64,000 nt of DNA from Neocallimastix sp. 'constans' (Eukaryota): the NCBI GenBank assembly GCA_050613775.1, contig JBODTK010000106.1, forward strand, positions 372,001 through 436,000, read 5' to 3'. The position numbers and the translations under genes were made by a program. Below, piece after piece: positions 1-12,087 of the stretch. A model generated the notes under the pieces. It did not search any database, was not told the DNA's origin, and saw only the letters and a program-made list of their open reading frames with translations. Numbering within the stretch: the stretch's first letter is position 1; every line of letters begins with the position of its first letter.

Positions 1-1881
1 AAGAGTTTTAAAATTTGAATAATATCCTACAGGAATACGAGCATATCTTACAGAACCAATAGATTCATAATAAAATCTACATGTAAAAACAATTATTATT
101 CTGTATAATACAGCCAGAAAAATAACTGAAAAAACTATTATAAATAAGCGTTTATTATTTAAAGTATATACTATTAAAGTTTTTGTTTTATAAATACGGT
201 AAATACGATAAGCAACCGCAAACATTGGAATATATATTAAATTTGTTCCAAGAGTATCAATAATAAGGAATAGTTTTATTTTTAAAAGGGAATAAGGTGG
301 AATGAATTTCAATACTTTTATCAAATTTAAAATACATCCGAGTACAATGAAATTACAAAATATAGGTGATATGACTTTCATGTATGGATGATTTTTTAAT
401 TTGATAGTCATATAGATATAAAAAGTAAAAAATAGGATGGTTATCGTGCTAACTAAAATGGATAATATTCCATAGATACCCAAATGATCAGTGATAAATT
501 TATATACATTAGTTAATGAAAATTTTATATAATCCAAATCATTTGTAATAAAATAATTTTTAAATCGAATTGGAATTAAATATAATATTTCAAAAAATGG
601 TACCATGGTATCTGATTTAAAAATATCTCTAATGTATAATTTTTTCATTTTTTCCATTACTTGACATAGTATTGGATTATCTTGACAATAATTTTGTAAA
701 TCTTGATCGGTATCCATTTTAGAAAAATCAAATGTTGGAATACTTCCAAAATTTTTTGCTCTAAATAATTGAGCATCTTTATCGGTTAGAATGAGAGCAA
801 TTTCAGCTAAAAGTTCAGGATTAATTTTACTAAATTTATTTGCTACTAAATATTTATGAGTTGTAGCTGTTTGATATTTTGGTGGTAGAGATAAAGGAAT
901 TTCATAATTTGAATATTCTGATCTAAAAATATAATGATGAGAAGCTTTTGCTTTAAAAAATGATGAATTATTTTTTTTAAAATAATTATAGGCATCATCT
1001 AAACTGGTTAAAGCAGCATTTCTTGCATTATTTTTTTCCGAAAAAGTTCTTACTAAATCACGAAATTCTGTATAGTAGTTGGTCGAAGATTTATTTGTAA
1101 ATAAATCCATGTAATTTGAATCATATTCCGGTGATAAATTATAATGATTACTAGTATATTCAATTACAAAATTTAATAAGTCATTATCATCGCCGAAAGC
1201 CACTCTTAGTGGTTGAGCATTGCTTTCCATTTGCTTGATTAAATCATTCCATGTATAATTTTCCATATTTTGTAATAAGAGTTGAGTATCATTATAAGAT
1301 TTTGAATATTTTTCATCTTTTCCATGATAATATAAAACATCGAAATCGTATTCGAAAGGAATTCCAATAATTTTATTTTCATAAATGCCGTAACTTAAAA
1401 TTTTCGGATCATGAAATTCCAAATCTTTTTTATTTATATATTTTGATAAATCGTGCAATAACTCAAGAGAAGGTTGTCTATAATTTATTTCACTCAAGAT
1501 TAATGGAGATTCCATTAAAGCCATTTCATTAAATAAAATTCGTTCATCCATCACAACAAAATCATATTCTTTTTTTGATAATTTTGATGCTAAATCATTC
1601 ATATAATTTAAAGCCACTGGTTGTCCACTACTTTCCACTGGTAAATATGGATAAAAATATATATCAATTTCATAATTATTTAAAATTTCATGATTCTTTG
1701 TTTTTTCAATAAAATAATTATTTAATTCTTTCCTATATCTTTCCCATTCCTCACGAGGAATATTATCAGGCATATCTGGTTGTTTCATACATATTTTTAT
1801 TCTTTGTTTATCTGCCCATATTATTTTTGATAAAAACAACAAATAAATTAAAAAAACTTTTAAAATATTTCGAAAATTCAT
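1..1881 (-). CDS. Extracellular solute-binding-protein domain fused to class C-like GPCR 7TM domain (3' end outside window)
   Basis: ATG at 1881; frame reads open in the stretches translated and stays in phase to position 1 (no stop in window, so missed by ORF track). Signal peptide MNFRNILKVFLIYLLFLSKIIWA; SBP-like motifs YDFVVMD, KIIGIPFEYDFDVLYY, YTWNDL; TM region HPYMKVISPIFCNFIVLGCIL...PMFAVAYRIYRIY resembles 7tm_3. Confidence 0.85.
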   Translation of the reverse strand, partial: MNFRNILKVFLIYLLFLSKIIWADKQRIKICMKQPDMPDNIPREEWERYRKELNNYFIEKTKNHEILNNYEIDIYFYPYLPVESSGQPVALNYMNDLASKLSKKEYDFVVMDERILFNEMALMESPLILSEINYRQPSLELLHDLSKYINKKDLEFHDPKILSYGIYENKIIGIPFEYDFDVLYYHGKDEKYSKSYNDTQLLLQNMENYTWNDLIKQMESNAQPLRVAFGDDNDLLNFVIEYTSNHYNLSPEYDSNYMDLFTNKSSTNYYTEFRDLVRTFSEKNNARNAALTSLDDAYNYFKKNNSSFFKAKASHHYIFRSEYSNYEIPLSLPPKYQTATTHKYLVANKFSKINPELLAEIALILTDKDAQLFRAKNFGSIPTFDFSKMDTDQDLQNYCQDNPILCQVMEKMKKLYIRDIFKSDTMVPFFEILYLIPIRFKNYFITNDLDYIKFSLTNVYKFITDHLGIYGILSILVSTITILFFTFYIYMTIKLKNHPYMKVISPIFCNFIVLGCILNLIKVLKFIPPYSLLKIKLFLIIDTLGTNLIYIPMFAVAYRIYRIYKTKTLIVYTLNNKRLFIIVFSVIFLAVLYRIIIVFTCRFYYESIGSVRYARIPVGYYSNFKTL

Positions 1882-1884
1882 TAT

Positions 1885-2190
1885 TTTTATTATTATTATT
1901 TATTATAATTTATTATTATTATTATTTTTTATTATTTATTATTTACAATTTATTATTTATAATTTATTATTTATTATTTATTATTTATTATTTATTATTT
2001 ATTATTTATTATTTATAATTTATAATTTATAATTTATTATTTATTATTTATTATTTATTATTTATTATTTATTATTTATTATTTGTTATTTATTATTTAT
2101 TTATTATATGTTATTATTTTATTATTATTTTATTATTATTATTATTATTTTATTATTACTATTATTATTGTTATTGTTATTATTATTTTA
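1885..2190. repeat. (TTATTTA)n/(TTA)n microsatellite
   Basis: Visible 7-mer and 3-mer arrays; explains ORF 1827..2018. Confidence 0.9.
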
Positions 2191-2675
2191 ATTCAAACAT
2201 TTTAATATACGATGCTTTTTTTTTTTTTTAAATATGTGTTTAAATAAATTGTTATATTAATACAAAACTTAAGTTGAATATCTTTTATAGGTGATGATAT
2301 CTATTTATAATAATTTTTACATAAGTATCTATTAGAGTAATTATAGGTAATTTAAACAACTAATTCGTAATTAAATTTTATAATAATAAATGATATAAGA
2401 TTATTTCTTTTTTAATAATAATACTATAAACTATATTAATATTATCAAATAAAATTCTAAAATGGATAAAAAAAAAAACTCAAAATAAACATATATATAT
2501 CTACGATATATAATATATTATAAAAAAATATAACAAATTATATTTCTTTCTAATTTTGAAATAATTGTAAAAAAAATGAAGTTGAATATTATTTTTAAAA
2601 CCTTTTACAGTGCTTTAAAATTATATATGATAAATTATTTTTATTTTATATTATTTATACTTTAAAATCAGCATA

Positions 2676-3050
2676 AATTTATTATGTAATATATATTTTT
2701 TTAAAAATATATAATTTTTACTTTAATATTAATATTTATTTATTAAACAGTATATAATTTAAAATTTTAAAAATATAAATGTGTACAATATTAAATTGTA
2801 TCCTAAAAAAAAAAATTATTACTTTAATTATTCTAAATAATCTAAATATTTTAAATAAAATTAACATTAATTTATTATGTAATATATTTTTTTTAAAAAT
2901 ATATAATTTTTACTTTAATATTAATATTTATTTATTAAACAGTATATAATTTAAAATTTTAAAAATATAAATGTGTACAATATTAAATTGTATCATAAAA
3001 AAAAATTATTACTTTAATTATTCTAAATAATCTAAATATTTTAAATAAAA
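2676..3050. repeat. ~190-bp near-perfect tandem duplication (2 copies)
   Basis: aatttattatgtaat...gtgtacaatattaaattgtatc...tctaaatattttaaataaaa at ~2676-2860 and ~2868-3050. Confidence 0.9.
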
Positions 3051-3080
3051 AGGTTAAGTTATACACATATTAAATGAATA

Positions 3081-3135
3081 GTGCGTTTCGCAATTGTACA
3101 TTTCGAAATATGGCGTATTTTGTATGTGGCTTGTT
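3081..3135. mobile_element. Solo Mutator-like TIR fragment
   Basis: gtgcgtttcg...catttcgaaatatggcgtattttgtatgtggct shares the catttcg/tggcg/tggct motifs of the MULE termini at 17095, 20639 and 34747. Confidence 0.45.
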
Positions 3136-3364
3136 TTTTAATAATAAAATAAATAATTTATTAATATTCAATTATAAAAATAATTTTTTATAATTCTTTT
3201 TTAATAGAATATATTGCAAATCCATAAAAAAAAATACTTAATAAACATTTATATATTAAATATAAAAGTTATAAACTTAATAAAATTTAAGGGTTTATTT
3301 TATTATATTTCATTTCAATATTTAAGTAGTTTATAAAAATGATATAAAATTATTATATAAAAAG

Positions 3365-3712
3365 AAGAATAAATTTTGATAATAAATGTAATTTAGGTCT
3401 TCTTATTTATTTTATTCATTTTTTTTTTTTAAAAAAGGATAAATTTTGATAATAAATATAATTTAGGTCTTTTTATTTATTTTATTAACTTCATTTTTTT
3501 TAAAAAAGGATAAATTTTGATAATAAATATAATTTAGGTCTTTTTATTTATTTTATTAACTTCATTTTTTTTTAAAAAAGGATAAATTTTGATAATAAAT
3601 ATAATTTAGGTCTTTTTATTTATTTTATTAACTTCATTTTTTTTAAAAAAGGATAAATTTTGATAATAAATATAATTTAGGTCTTTTTATTTATTTTATT
3701 AACTTCATTTTT
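3365..3712. repeat. ~71-bp minisatellite, 5 copies
   Basis: Unit aaaaaaggataaattttgataataaatataatttaggtctttttatttattttattaacttcattttttt; first copy slightly diverged; no spacers. Confidence 0.92.
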
Positions 3713-3719
3713 TAATAAT

Positions 3720-4170
3720 AATATAATTACATATTATAAACTACATGAGCAGTGCATTATTTTAATACATTATCAGGTACATGTTTTTAGTAAGTAGTCT
3801 ACGTTATGCAACAAGCCACAAATTAATTATTTTATTAAATAAAATAATTAACAAAATAAACTTTATATTTTAACATCCCTCCTAAAGTTTAATTTTGGTT
3901 GAACTTTGAAAGAACATTATTTCTGAACTTGGTCATAGATGGTCCACTTAAATATTTTGTATATCCGTCTGCTAAATTCACTTGTGATCTTATATATTGT
4001 ACATCCAATACTTTACTACTAACTAACTCTCTAATTTTATGATATTTCAATTGGATATGTTTAGACTTAGGATTTATAGTTTCATTTTTAAAATTATAAA
4101 TAGCAGCTTGATTATCAACATTGATTTTAATTTTATTCCTAGTTCAATGAATAAATTTTTATACCATAGG
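3720..4170 (-). mobile_element. Ty1/Copia 3' remnant: RNase H end, PPT, start of 3' LTR
   Basis: IKINVDNQAAIYNFKNETINPKSKHIQLKYHKIRELV...NLADGYTKYL...QN* (stop 3889-3891), then PPT AGGAGGGA (3876-3883) and TGTTAAAAT from 3875. Left LTR boundary uncertain. Confidence 0.88.
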
Positions 4171-4804
4171 TTTCTTTAATATCTAATCCTAAGTGCACGA
4201 AGGGACCTTCTACTTTTGTTGGATGGTTTTCAGTTGGTTCTGGATATGGTTCAGAACGGTTTAATTTGCAATTACTAACAATTCTTCAGATATCTTTAAT
4301 CATATTGTTCCAGTAGAAAATTTTCTTGGGTTTTTGATATTTGTTATAGTATCCTTCGTGACTAATATTATGAGCTACTAAGATTAATTTGTATTTTTCA
4401 TTTTCATCTGTTATTAGTTTTTTGTAATTTCCATTATCGATAAAGTAATCTTCTCTGCCAATGACTACTTTTCGTTGATAAATTCTTTTATAACTTTAGA
4501 TAACAATTATTCATTATTTCCATTAGTTATTTTAGTTTACAAAATTTTTTGATCTTTCCTACTTTTCATTCTTGAGAGTGCATCAGCTAAAACGTTCTTT
4601 TTACCGGATTCATATTTTATATTAATTCCAAGTATACTAGTGTTTAGACACCATCATGTCTGTCTTGCGTTCGAAGGTTCTTTATTTTTAAATTAACTAA
4701 CTAATGATTTATGAATCTGCATAAGTAATTGTAGGTAATGGATTTCCTTAAATATAAAATTTAAATTTTGTCATGCAGTAAAACAAAGCGGTTACTTCCA
4801 GATC
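4170..4804 (-). pseudogene. Ty3/Gypsy RNase H to integrase Zn-finger fragment
   Basis: DLEVTALFYCMTKFKFY...GKKNVLADALSR...AHNISHEG...FYWNNMIKDI*RIVSNC...PFVHLGLDI with stops and frameshifts. Confidence 0.85.
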
Positions 4805-5445
4805 ATTATTATAATTCCTCCTATCTTGATGCGTCAAGTAATATTCCTTGATATCGTTTCTTTTAGTTAAGCTTTCTATATTAACGATATCTCTGAACAA
4901 AGCATTTAAATCATTGGGTTAACTAAGGCTAAATGTTCACGCATTTTTGGATGTAAGCCTCTAATAAACATATAGATTTTTGCATCATCATTGAAGTTTG
5001 AGTATTGACTAACTTTTTGAAAGGCAGTAATATAGTTAACAACTTAGCAATATTTAAATTGATGAATACTACAGAGTTTAGCATTCGTAATAACAATTTC
5101 AACATCTGGATCACCAAAGTTTCTTCATAATTCGGCTACAAATTGTTCTATATTTTGTAAAATGGGATTATTATTTCTTCTTAAACAAGATGCCCAGTTT
5201 AAAGCTTTTCCAGTTAAATAAGACATAATAAAGTTTACCCTAGCTACTGCATTAGTAAATTGTTGAGGATTTGCATCAATTACCAATTCGATTCTCATAA
5301 GGAAGCCATCTAATTCTCTCGTATTTCCAGAGAATGTAGGAGGGTCATTGATTATTTTAAGCTGAGGTACTTGATTTACCTGCTGTTGCTGGTTCATGTT
5401 GTCTTCCAAATTTAGATTTTGAAAAATAATGTTTAGTTCTTCCAA
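4805..5445 (-). pseudogene. Gypsy gag (Tf2/PEG10-like), frameshifted
   Basis: PPTFSGNTRELDGFL...FIMSYLTGKALNWA; after a frameshift near 5125 it continues GDPD...YITAFQKVSQYSNFNDDAKIYMFIRGLHPKMRE. Confidence 0.85.
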
Positions 5446-5653
5446 TTTGAATTACCGAAAAAAAATATATATATATATATATTTAACTGAATTATCATAT
5501 AAATGTATGTTTATTCCCTTATTTCCTTAAAGCTATCAATTTAATAATTCTTTCGTTTATTCTTTAACCGATCTATAGACTTATATATATATTATTATTA
5601 TTTTTTTAATTAATTATTTTAATCATTATAATTTATAATTGTTTCTATAAAGT

Positions 5654-5911
5654 TGTCAGCACTCTATCCAATTGAAAGGGTGTACGACGAGTAAACAGCA
5701 CAAATATAAAATAATAATAATAATTAATTATTTTGTTATTATATAATTAATTAATAATTTTATTAGCTATAACAAAATCAATCGTTTAAAAAGAAATCAA
5801 ATTTTGGAAATGAGAAAATAATAAATAATACTTTGCTTCTTAATTTTTGAAATTAATACTACAAGTACACTAAATAACAAAATTCAAGTGGTCGAAAAGG
5901 ATTTCGAACTT
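5654..5911 (+). mobile_element. Putative LTR (TG...CA, 5654-5886) followed by TGG-starting PBS
   Basis: TGTCAGC at 5654; ...TTCA-AG-TGGTCGAAAAGG at 5883-5900, upstream of the plus-strand Gypsy pol. No second copy to confirm; orientation ambiguous. Confidence 0.4.
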
Positions 5912-7179
5912 AAAATTATTATTAATAAAATGGGCGAAAAGAACTTCGAGCTTTATAATTTCTACTAAGTTATGGATAAGGGTATCGAATTGAGCTTAAC
6001 CTACTAAAGAAAGCAAATAAAATTATTATTCTCAAAAGTTACTAGAATATATTGTTTAAAAATTGATTCGATATTAAATTACTTATTAAATTATATTTTT
6101 AAAGTTGGACCTCCAAATTTATTCGTATTTATTCACCTCATTAATTTATAACAAAAATTTATTAATTAAAAACAAAATGTCCAAGGAAACAACCTTAAGC
6201 TTTAAGGAATTAAAAAAGAATTAAGAGATATAGCTGTAAAGATATGATCAATATCTTTAGTACATTAATTAATTTATTTTGTACATTAAATTATTTAATG
6301 TAATTCACATTTAAAAAATAATGCTAATGCATTAAATTATGTAAAATATATTAATTTATGAAATTAATTGATTTATGAAAATTAATAATAATTTTATATT
6401 TTTTATAATATATAAATTTAAAAATATAAGATTAATTTCTAAATAACTTAAAATTTAGTTTAGTTTAATTTAATTTTAGTTTAGTTTAATTTTAGTTTAG
6501 TTTAATAATCATAAAAATTAAATAGTAATATATAATTAATAGTATTAATAATAAAAGAATAATAAATAAATAATAAATAAGAATTTATTCAATTTGAGTC
6601 AAAACAAATTGAATAAAAAGCTTATTGAATTAGTTTTAGTTTTTTATAACTTTATTTAATTTTAGATTAGTTTTTGCTTATTTTATATTGAATAGATGTT
6701 TAAATAAATAGAAATAGTATATTATAATATAATTAAGAAAAAATAAATACATGTAAAATTATTCTATTAAAAAAATGTAGTTGTTATTAACTATTTTGCA
6801 GTTAATAACTAATAAAAAGAATTTTTAATAAAAGAATTTTTTTTTAATAAAATAAATTTCATTTGTGTATTATTATTGATAGTAAAGTGATGATTCAACA
6901 GATGAAGAAGATGATGATAAAGAAGAAAATGTTGATGATGATAATAAATTTCTTTCCTTTGAAAAAATTATTTCAAGTCTTGAAAATTTTTATGGTGTTA
7001 AAGAAGACCAAAACTTACTTCTTAAAGAACTTCGTGCTAAAATATTATTCATATCTAAAATAAATAATCAATATTATGATGAAGAAAATATAATCTGCAC
7101 AATTAATATAGGCTCCATGTTATTAATAAACATATAGGGTTTTATGCTAAATATATGTTCAAAACCATGTGTTGATATA

Positions 7180-8498
7180 TCCATAAAATTAGGAACCTAT
7201 ATTAATCTATTAGAAAAGTTAAAAAAACGAATAACGAAAAGGAAATTATAAAGCAATTAACGCCAATAGAATTTATTGAAAGTGATGAATTTTTAAATTC
7301 CTTAAATGAAGATTATAAAGAACAAATTATCAAAATACTCAAATAAATGATTGACATAGTTGATACATCAATAGAAGAATTAAACTCTTCTAAATTTTCA
7401 CCACATAAGATCCTTTTAAAAGCTAATACAAAACCAGTAAAATTAAGAAGTTATAGATTAACTAAATTAAAATCAGATATATTAAAAGAAGAACTTACAA
7501 AGCTTATTAAGAAAGGATTAATAGAACCATCCTGTTCAGAATGGTCATCTCCAGTAGTACTTATTACAAAACACAATGGAAAGTGGGGTTTGTTCATTGA
7601 CTACAGAAAAGTCAATGGTATGACTGAGAAAGATTCTAATTCAGTTCATTATATAGATGAAAATTTTTGATAGTCTTGGAGGAGCCAAAATATTTACAAC
7701 TCTTAATTTATTTTCTGGTTTCCATCAAATCTTAATGGATGAAGAAAGCGTTGAAGTAAAAACTTTCACTACTAAGTTTAGAAATTATATTTTCAAAGTT
7801 ATGTCTTTTGGACTTACCTTAGCTCTCTCCACCTTCCAAAGAGAAATGAAAAAAAAAATTTTATTCCCTTTTATTGGTAAATTTGTTTATGTCTTTATTG
7901 ATGATGTTTTAATCTCTTCCAAAAGTATTGAAAAACATTTAGTTCATATTAAACAAGTCTTAGAAGTATTTAAAGAAAATAAGTTAAAAATTAATATTGA
8001 AAAGTGCCATTTTATTCAAACTGAAGTTGATGTATTAGGCCACAAACTTACTACTAAAGGATTAAGTTCCATGGAAAACGAAATAACAGATATTAAGAAG
8101 TGGGAAGCCCCTTCATCACTATATGAACTGAGATCATTCCTTGGAGCAGTAGGATATTATCATGACTTTATTCATAAATATACTCAAATTAGCTCTCCTT
8201 TATGTAAATTATTGAAAATGAATGCAAAGTATTAATGGAATAAAGAACAACAAGAAAGTTTTGAACTCTTAAAAGAAAAATTAATCAATGCTCTTATTCT
8301 AAAATTTCCTTTATTTGACAAACCTTTTATCATTAGAACAGACGCTTCGTATAATGGAATTGGCGGAGTCTTCTTACAAAAAGAAGAAGAAACTGGAAAG
8401 GAACATCCAATACACTTTATACTTTATAAGTAGAAGTTTGAAAAAAGCAGAAAATATTATGGTATCTCAGATCTGGAAGGAACCGCTTTGTTTTACTG
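7180..8498 (+). pseudogene. Ty3/Gypsy pol (RT and start of RNase H), frameshifted and truncated
   Basis: IEPSCSEWSSPVVL, IDYRKVN, SGFHQI, MSFGL, VFIDDVLI, LRSFLGAVGYY, PFIIRTDASYNGIGGVFLQ; ends abruptly at DLEGTALFY. Confidence 0.92.
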
Positions 8499-8903
8499 AA
8501 ACGAATACTAAATGATATGTTATTTTAATTTCTTTTTAAGTATCAATATTTTGTGAGTTAGCAAGATTGTATTAAATAAAAAAATATATTCTAATACAGA
8601 AATATATAATTACTATACACGTTATATTGAAACAGAATATTAAAAATTATAGTTTAGTCATTTTATTTTATTTTATATAAATTGCTTTAGGTCATAATGC
8701 AAAATTTATAATAAAATATTATTTCAAACTTATTACTATATAATTTTTATCAATAAATATATTCCCCGAATATATTTATTTTAACTAATTTTATCTCTCT
8801 TTCTTCCAAAAAACCTCTTTTTAAAGAATTATAATAATTTTTCTTTTATACTTCTAATTTACTATAAATTAAATCCTATTGGTTATTAACTAATTAAATA
8901 AAT

Positions 8904-10793
8904 TTAAAATTTAAATAATTTTATATTATTATTTATTAGGCTACGATCCTTTTCTTCTTTTGTTAAATTTAATGAGGTACCGCTGTCAATAATCCATCTT
9001 GTTGGTTCTTTCTTTTGATTAAATATAGGAGTATCTTTTGAAACAGCGTTAACATTAATATTCCCTGAAAATCCAGTGAAAATTTCATCTTCGCTAAGTT
9101 CATCAGAATCTTCTAAATCAGTAGTATTTTTAATTCCTTCTATATTATTGGAACGATAATTTTTGTTTTTTGAATTGGTTCTTGATGTACTGCTTCTTTC
9201 TTGGTGTCTGATGTTTCCATTTGAAGGATTTTTATTATTTCTTCTATCTTTTCTTTTAAGATTTAAAAAACATTCATCGGTAGTGTGTACGTGTTTATGG
9301 CAAATGTGACAATATTTTTCTTTTTCTTTATCTTTATCAGAATCATTGTTAAATTTATATGGTAATTTACCATTTCTAACTCTATTAACCGAAAGTTCTT
9401 GTGTAGTTTCGTTGCTATAGTCAGTTTTCTTTATGTCTTTGTATTTTTTAACAAAAACACTAGTCAAGGCTATCCGTTCTTTTAATTCTTCAAAGGTTTT
9501 AAATACGACTAAAAGTACTGGAGGAACTCCAAATTTAACAATTTCTTCAGCTGAAAGTAAAATTTTAGTATCTTCGTCTAATTTTGTTTTTTCACATCTT
9601 TTTGATTCTTTATCGTGAAGTTGAAATAAATAATTTAATTTGTCTATATAGAGTTTTATATCGTCATTTTCGACCTCCAGTTTCTTGATTTGGTATTCAA
9701 TTTGATATAATTTTGAAGGTCCAACCTGCAAGAAGTAACTTTCTAATCTTATAATCATTTCATAGGCGGTTTCACATCCTTCGATAAGTTCGGCGGTAGT
9801 TGAATCTAAGCTGCTTTCGATGATGGTTTGGGTTGCACAGTCTTCCTTGCGTTCATCATCATCCATTTCTGTAATATCTAGGTCCTTTTTGATGCAGTCA
9901 ATAAGATCGATCTAATGCCGTTAAGTGACGTTTGAGAGCTCTATACCATCTTGGAAAGTTTTCTGTAGTTAATTTAAAATTTTGATAATTAAAAACCGAT
10001 TTATTTGTCATATCTGACTTCCTTCTTCTTATGAGTTTTTCGTTGGCTCTGTTTAATTTTTTAATAAAATTCTTTGTGTTTTTATCTAAGATTGAGGATT
10101 GTTTTTCGACATTTTCTTCTAAGTCATTTAAATTTTCTTCAATATGTTTTCTTTTCGACTTTGGAATATTATTTTGTTTGCTTACATTTTCTTCAAAGTC
10201 TTTCAAAAAATTAAATTATCATTTTCGTAATCTTGAATTTCTTGTTCTTCACTTTCATAATTATAGTTTTGTGAAATTGATGATTCTTTGGATTTTCCTG
10301 AATTTCTAGATTTGTTAGTTTCCATTTTGGAATTTAGAATTTTGAATTTTAATTAATTTTAAAAAAAAATTTAAATTTTGAAATTTTAATTTTTGAAATC
10401 TAATTTCAATAATTTTTGAATTTGTAAATTTTAAATTATTTATTTAATTATAACAAGCTTGTTTAATTTAATTTTTGTATTTTTATAGCTAATAGCTCAT
10501 TAGGTAAGTGAGACTCTTAATCTGTTAAGAATTGTAACTGAAATCTCACAATCTCAATTATGATTATTTTAGTTAAATGGCTTTTATTTATTTATATTTA
10601 ATTATATGAATATTACATAATAAAGAATATTACAGTTTAACAAAATATAATAAATAAGATTTATAATAACTATTTAATAACTATCTAATAACTAATGTAT
10701 TCATAATGTGACTTATAGTGGCGTATTAATATTACAATGTATAATGTATAATTATAATGTAGCTAATACTTAACAAAACTTCATATTTTAACA
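8904..10793 (-). mobile_element. Ty1/Copia 5' half: LTR (10523-10793), PBS, gag and protease start
   Basis: LTR TGTTAA...TTAACA; gag ATG 10325; frameshifts in a T run (~10205) and by a GATC duplication (~9905); Zn knuckle CHICHKHVHTTDEC; protease WIIDSGTS; truncated after protease. Confidence 0.88.
10493..10522 (-). promoter_or_regulatory. Copia PBS complementary to the 5' half of tRNA-Lys(CUU)
   Basis: Plus strand TAGCTCATTAGGTAAGTGAGACTCTTAATC abuts the LTR TG and resembles the eukaryotic tRNA-Lys(CUU) D-arm/anticodon arm (TAGCTCAGTCGGTAGAGCATGAGACTCTTAATC). Confidence 0.75.
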
Positions 10794-11007
10794 ATAAAAA
10801 AAAGTTTAGAAAATTTGAGTTTTTTATTTTTTTTAGTTAAGAAAATTTAATTTGAGTTTTTTATTTTTTTTATGGATTTGTTATAGTGGAATTAAAATTT
10901 CTTAAGTTTGTAACTTTTATTTTTAATATATAAATGTTAATGAACATTTATATATTAAAAATAAAAATGATATAACATTATCATATAAAAAAATGATAAA
11001 AGAATGT

Positions 11008-11048
<41 letters not shown>

Positions 11049-11150
11049 ATAAAGAAAGAAAAAATTAAAATAATATAATGTAATATATAATACATATGTA
11101 AATAAAGTTTTAAACTTAAATAATAATATTAGGAAATTTATAAAACAAAA

Positions 11151-11340
<190 letters not shown>

Positions 11341-11372
11341 CAAAAAATATTTTATAGATCAAATTTAATAAA

Positions 11373-12051
11373 ATGAATTCAGAAAATGGGTGCATTAAAG
11401 GGAATGAAAAGTGCATTTGCTTTTTCTTTTTACCAGATAAATATGCTGAAGTTATTGCAACTCTTTTTATGATTGTAAGATAAAAATAATTATAAATAAA
11501 AAAAATAGATTTATTAATACTAAAAATAAATATAAATACTTATATTATTATAAATAGGGTATATGTGCCGGTACTCACTTCCTAAATATTATGATACATG
11601 AAGATATTGGTGCATTTTTATATACAGTTTCATATATATTTGATTCAATAGTACTTGTATCACTTGTAGTATTTTTTGTGGGTCTTTTTTGGGTAGATAT
11701 ATAACTTCAATGATAAATGATAATGATAAAGTAAAAAATTAATATATATAAATTTTTTTTTTTTTTTTTATTTTATAAAAATTAGCAAAAATCTCTTTTA
11801 TTAAAGCAAGTAACAATTGTATTTGCTATCTATATATTCTTTTCTCTTTCATGTTTCTGTTGTAACTTTATTACATTAATTTTTGGTGATTACTATCGTG
11901 AATCATATAATTTATTTGTTATATACAAAGATTTTTATATTGAAAAAAATCCCAATACAATATTGGAAGAAGATGAAATTAAAAGAAATATTAAAATTAA
12001 ATTTTATCTTGAAGCTATTGCTCATATGTTTTCATTAGGTTTCATGGTATG

Positions 12052-12087
<36 letters not shown>

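Noticed and set aside
3365..3712. CRISPR-like array
   Set aside because: Head-to-tail identical units with no unique spacers; eukaryotic context; no cas genes.
9433..10309. Plus-strand ORFs 9433..9618 and 10031..10309 (likewise 41809, 42273, 49022, 54088, 63075)
   Set aside because: Antisense or alternate-frame shadows of real genes or TE ORFs.
10493..10522. tRNA-Lys gene
   Set aside because: Only the 5' half is present, ending at the LTR edge; better explained as a PBS.
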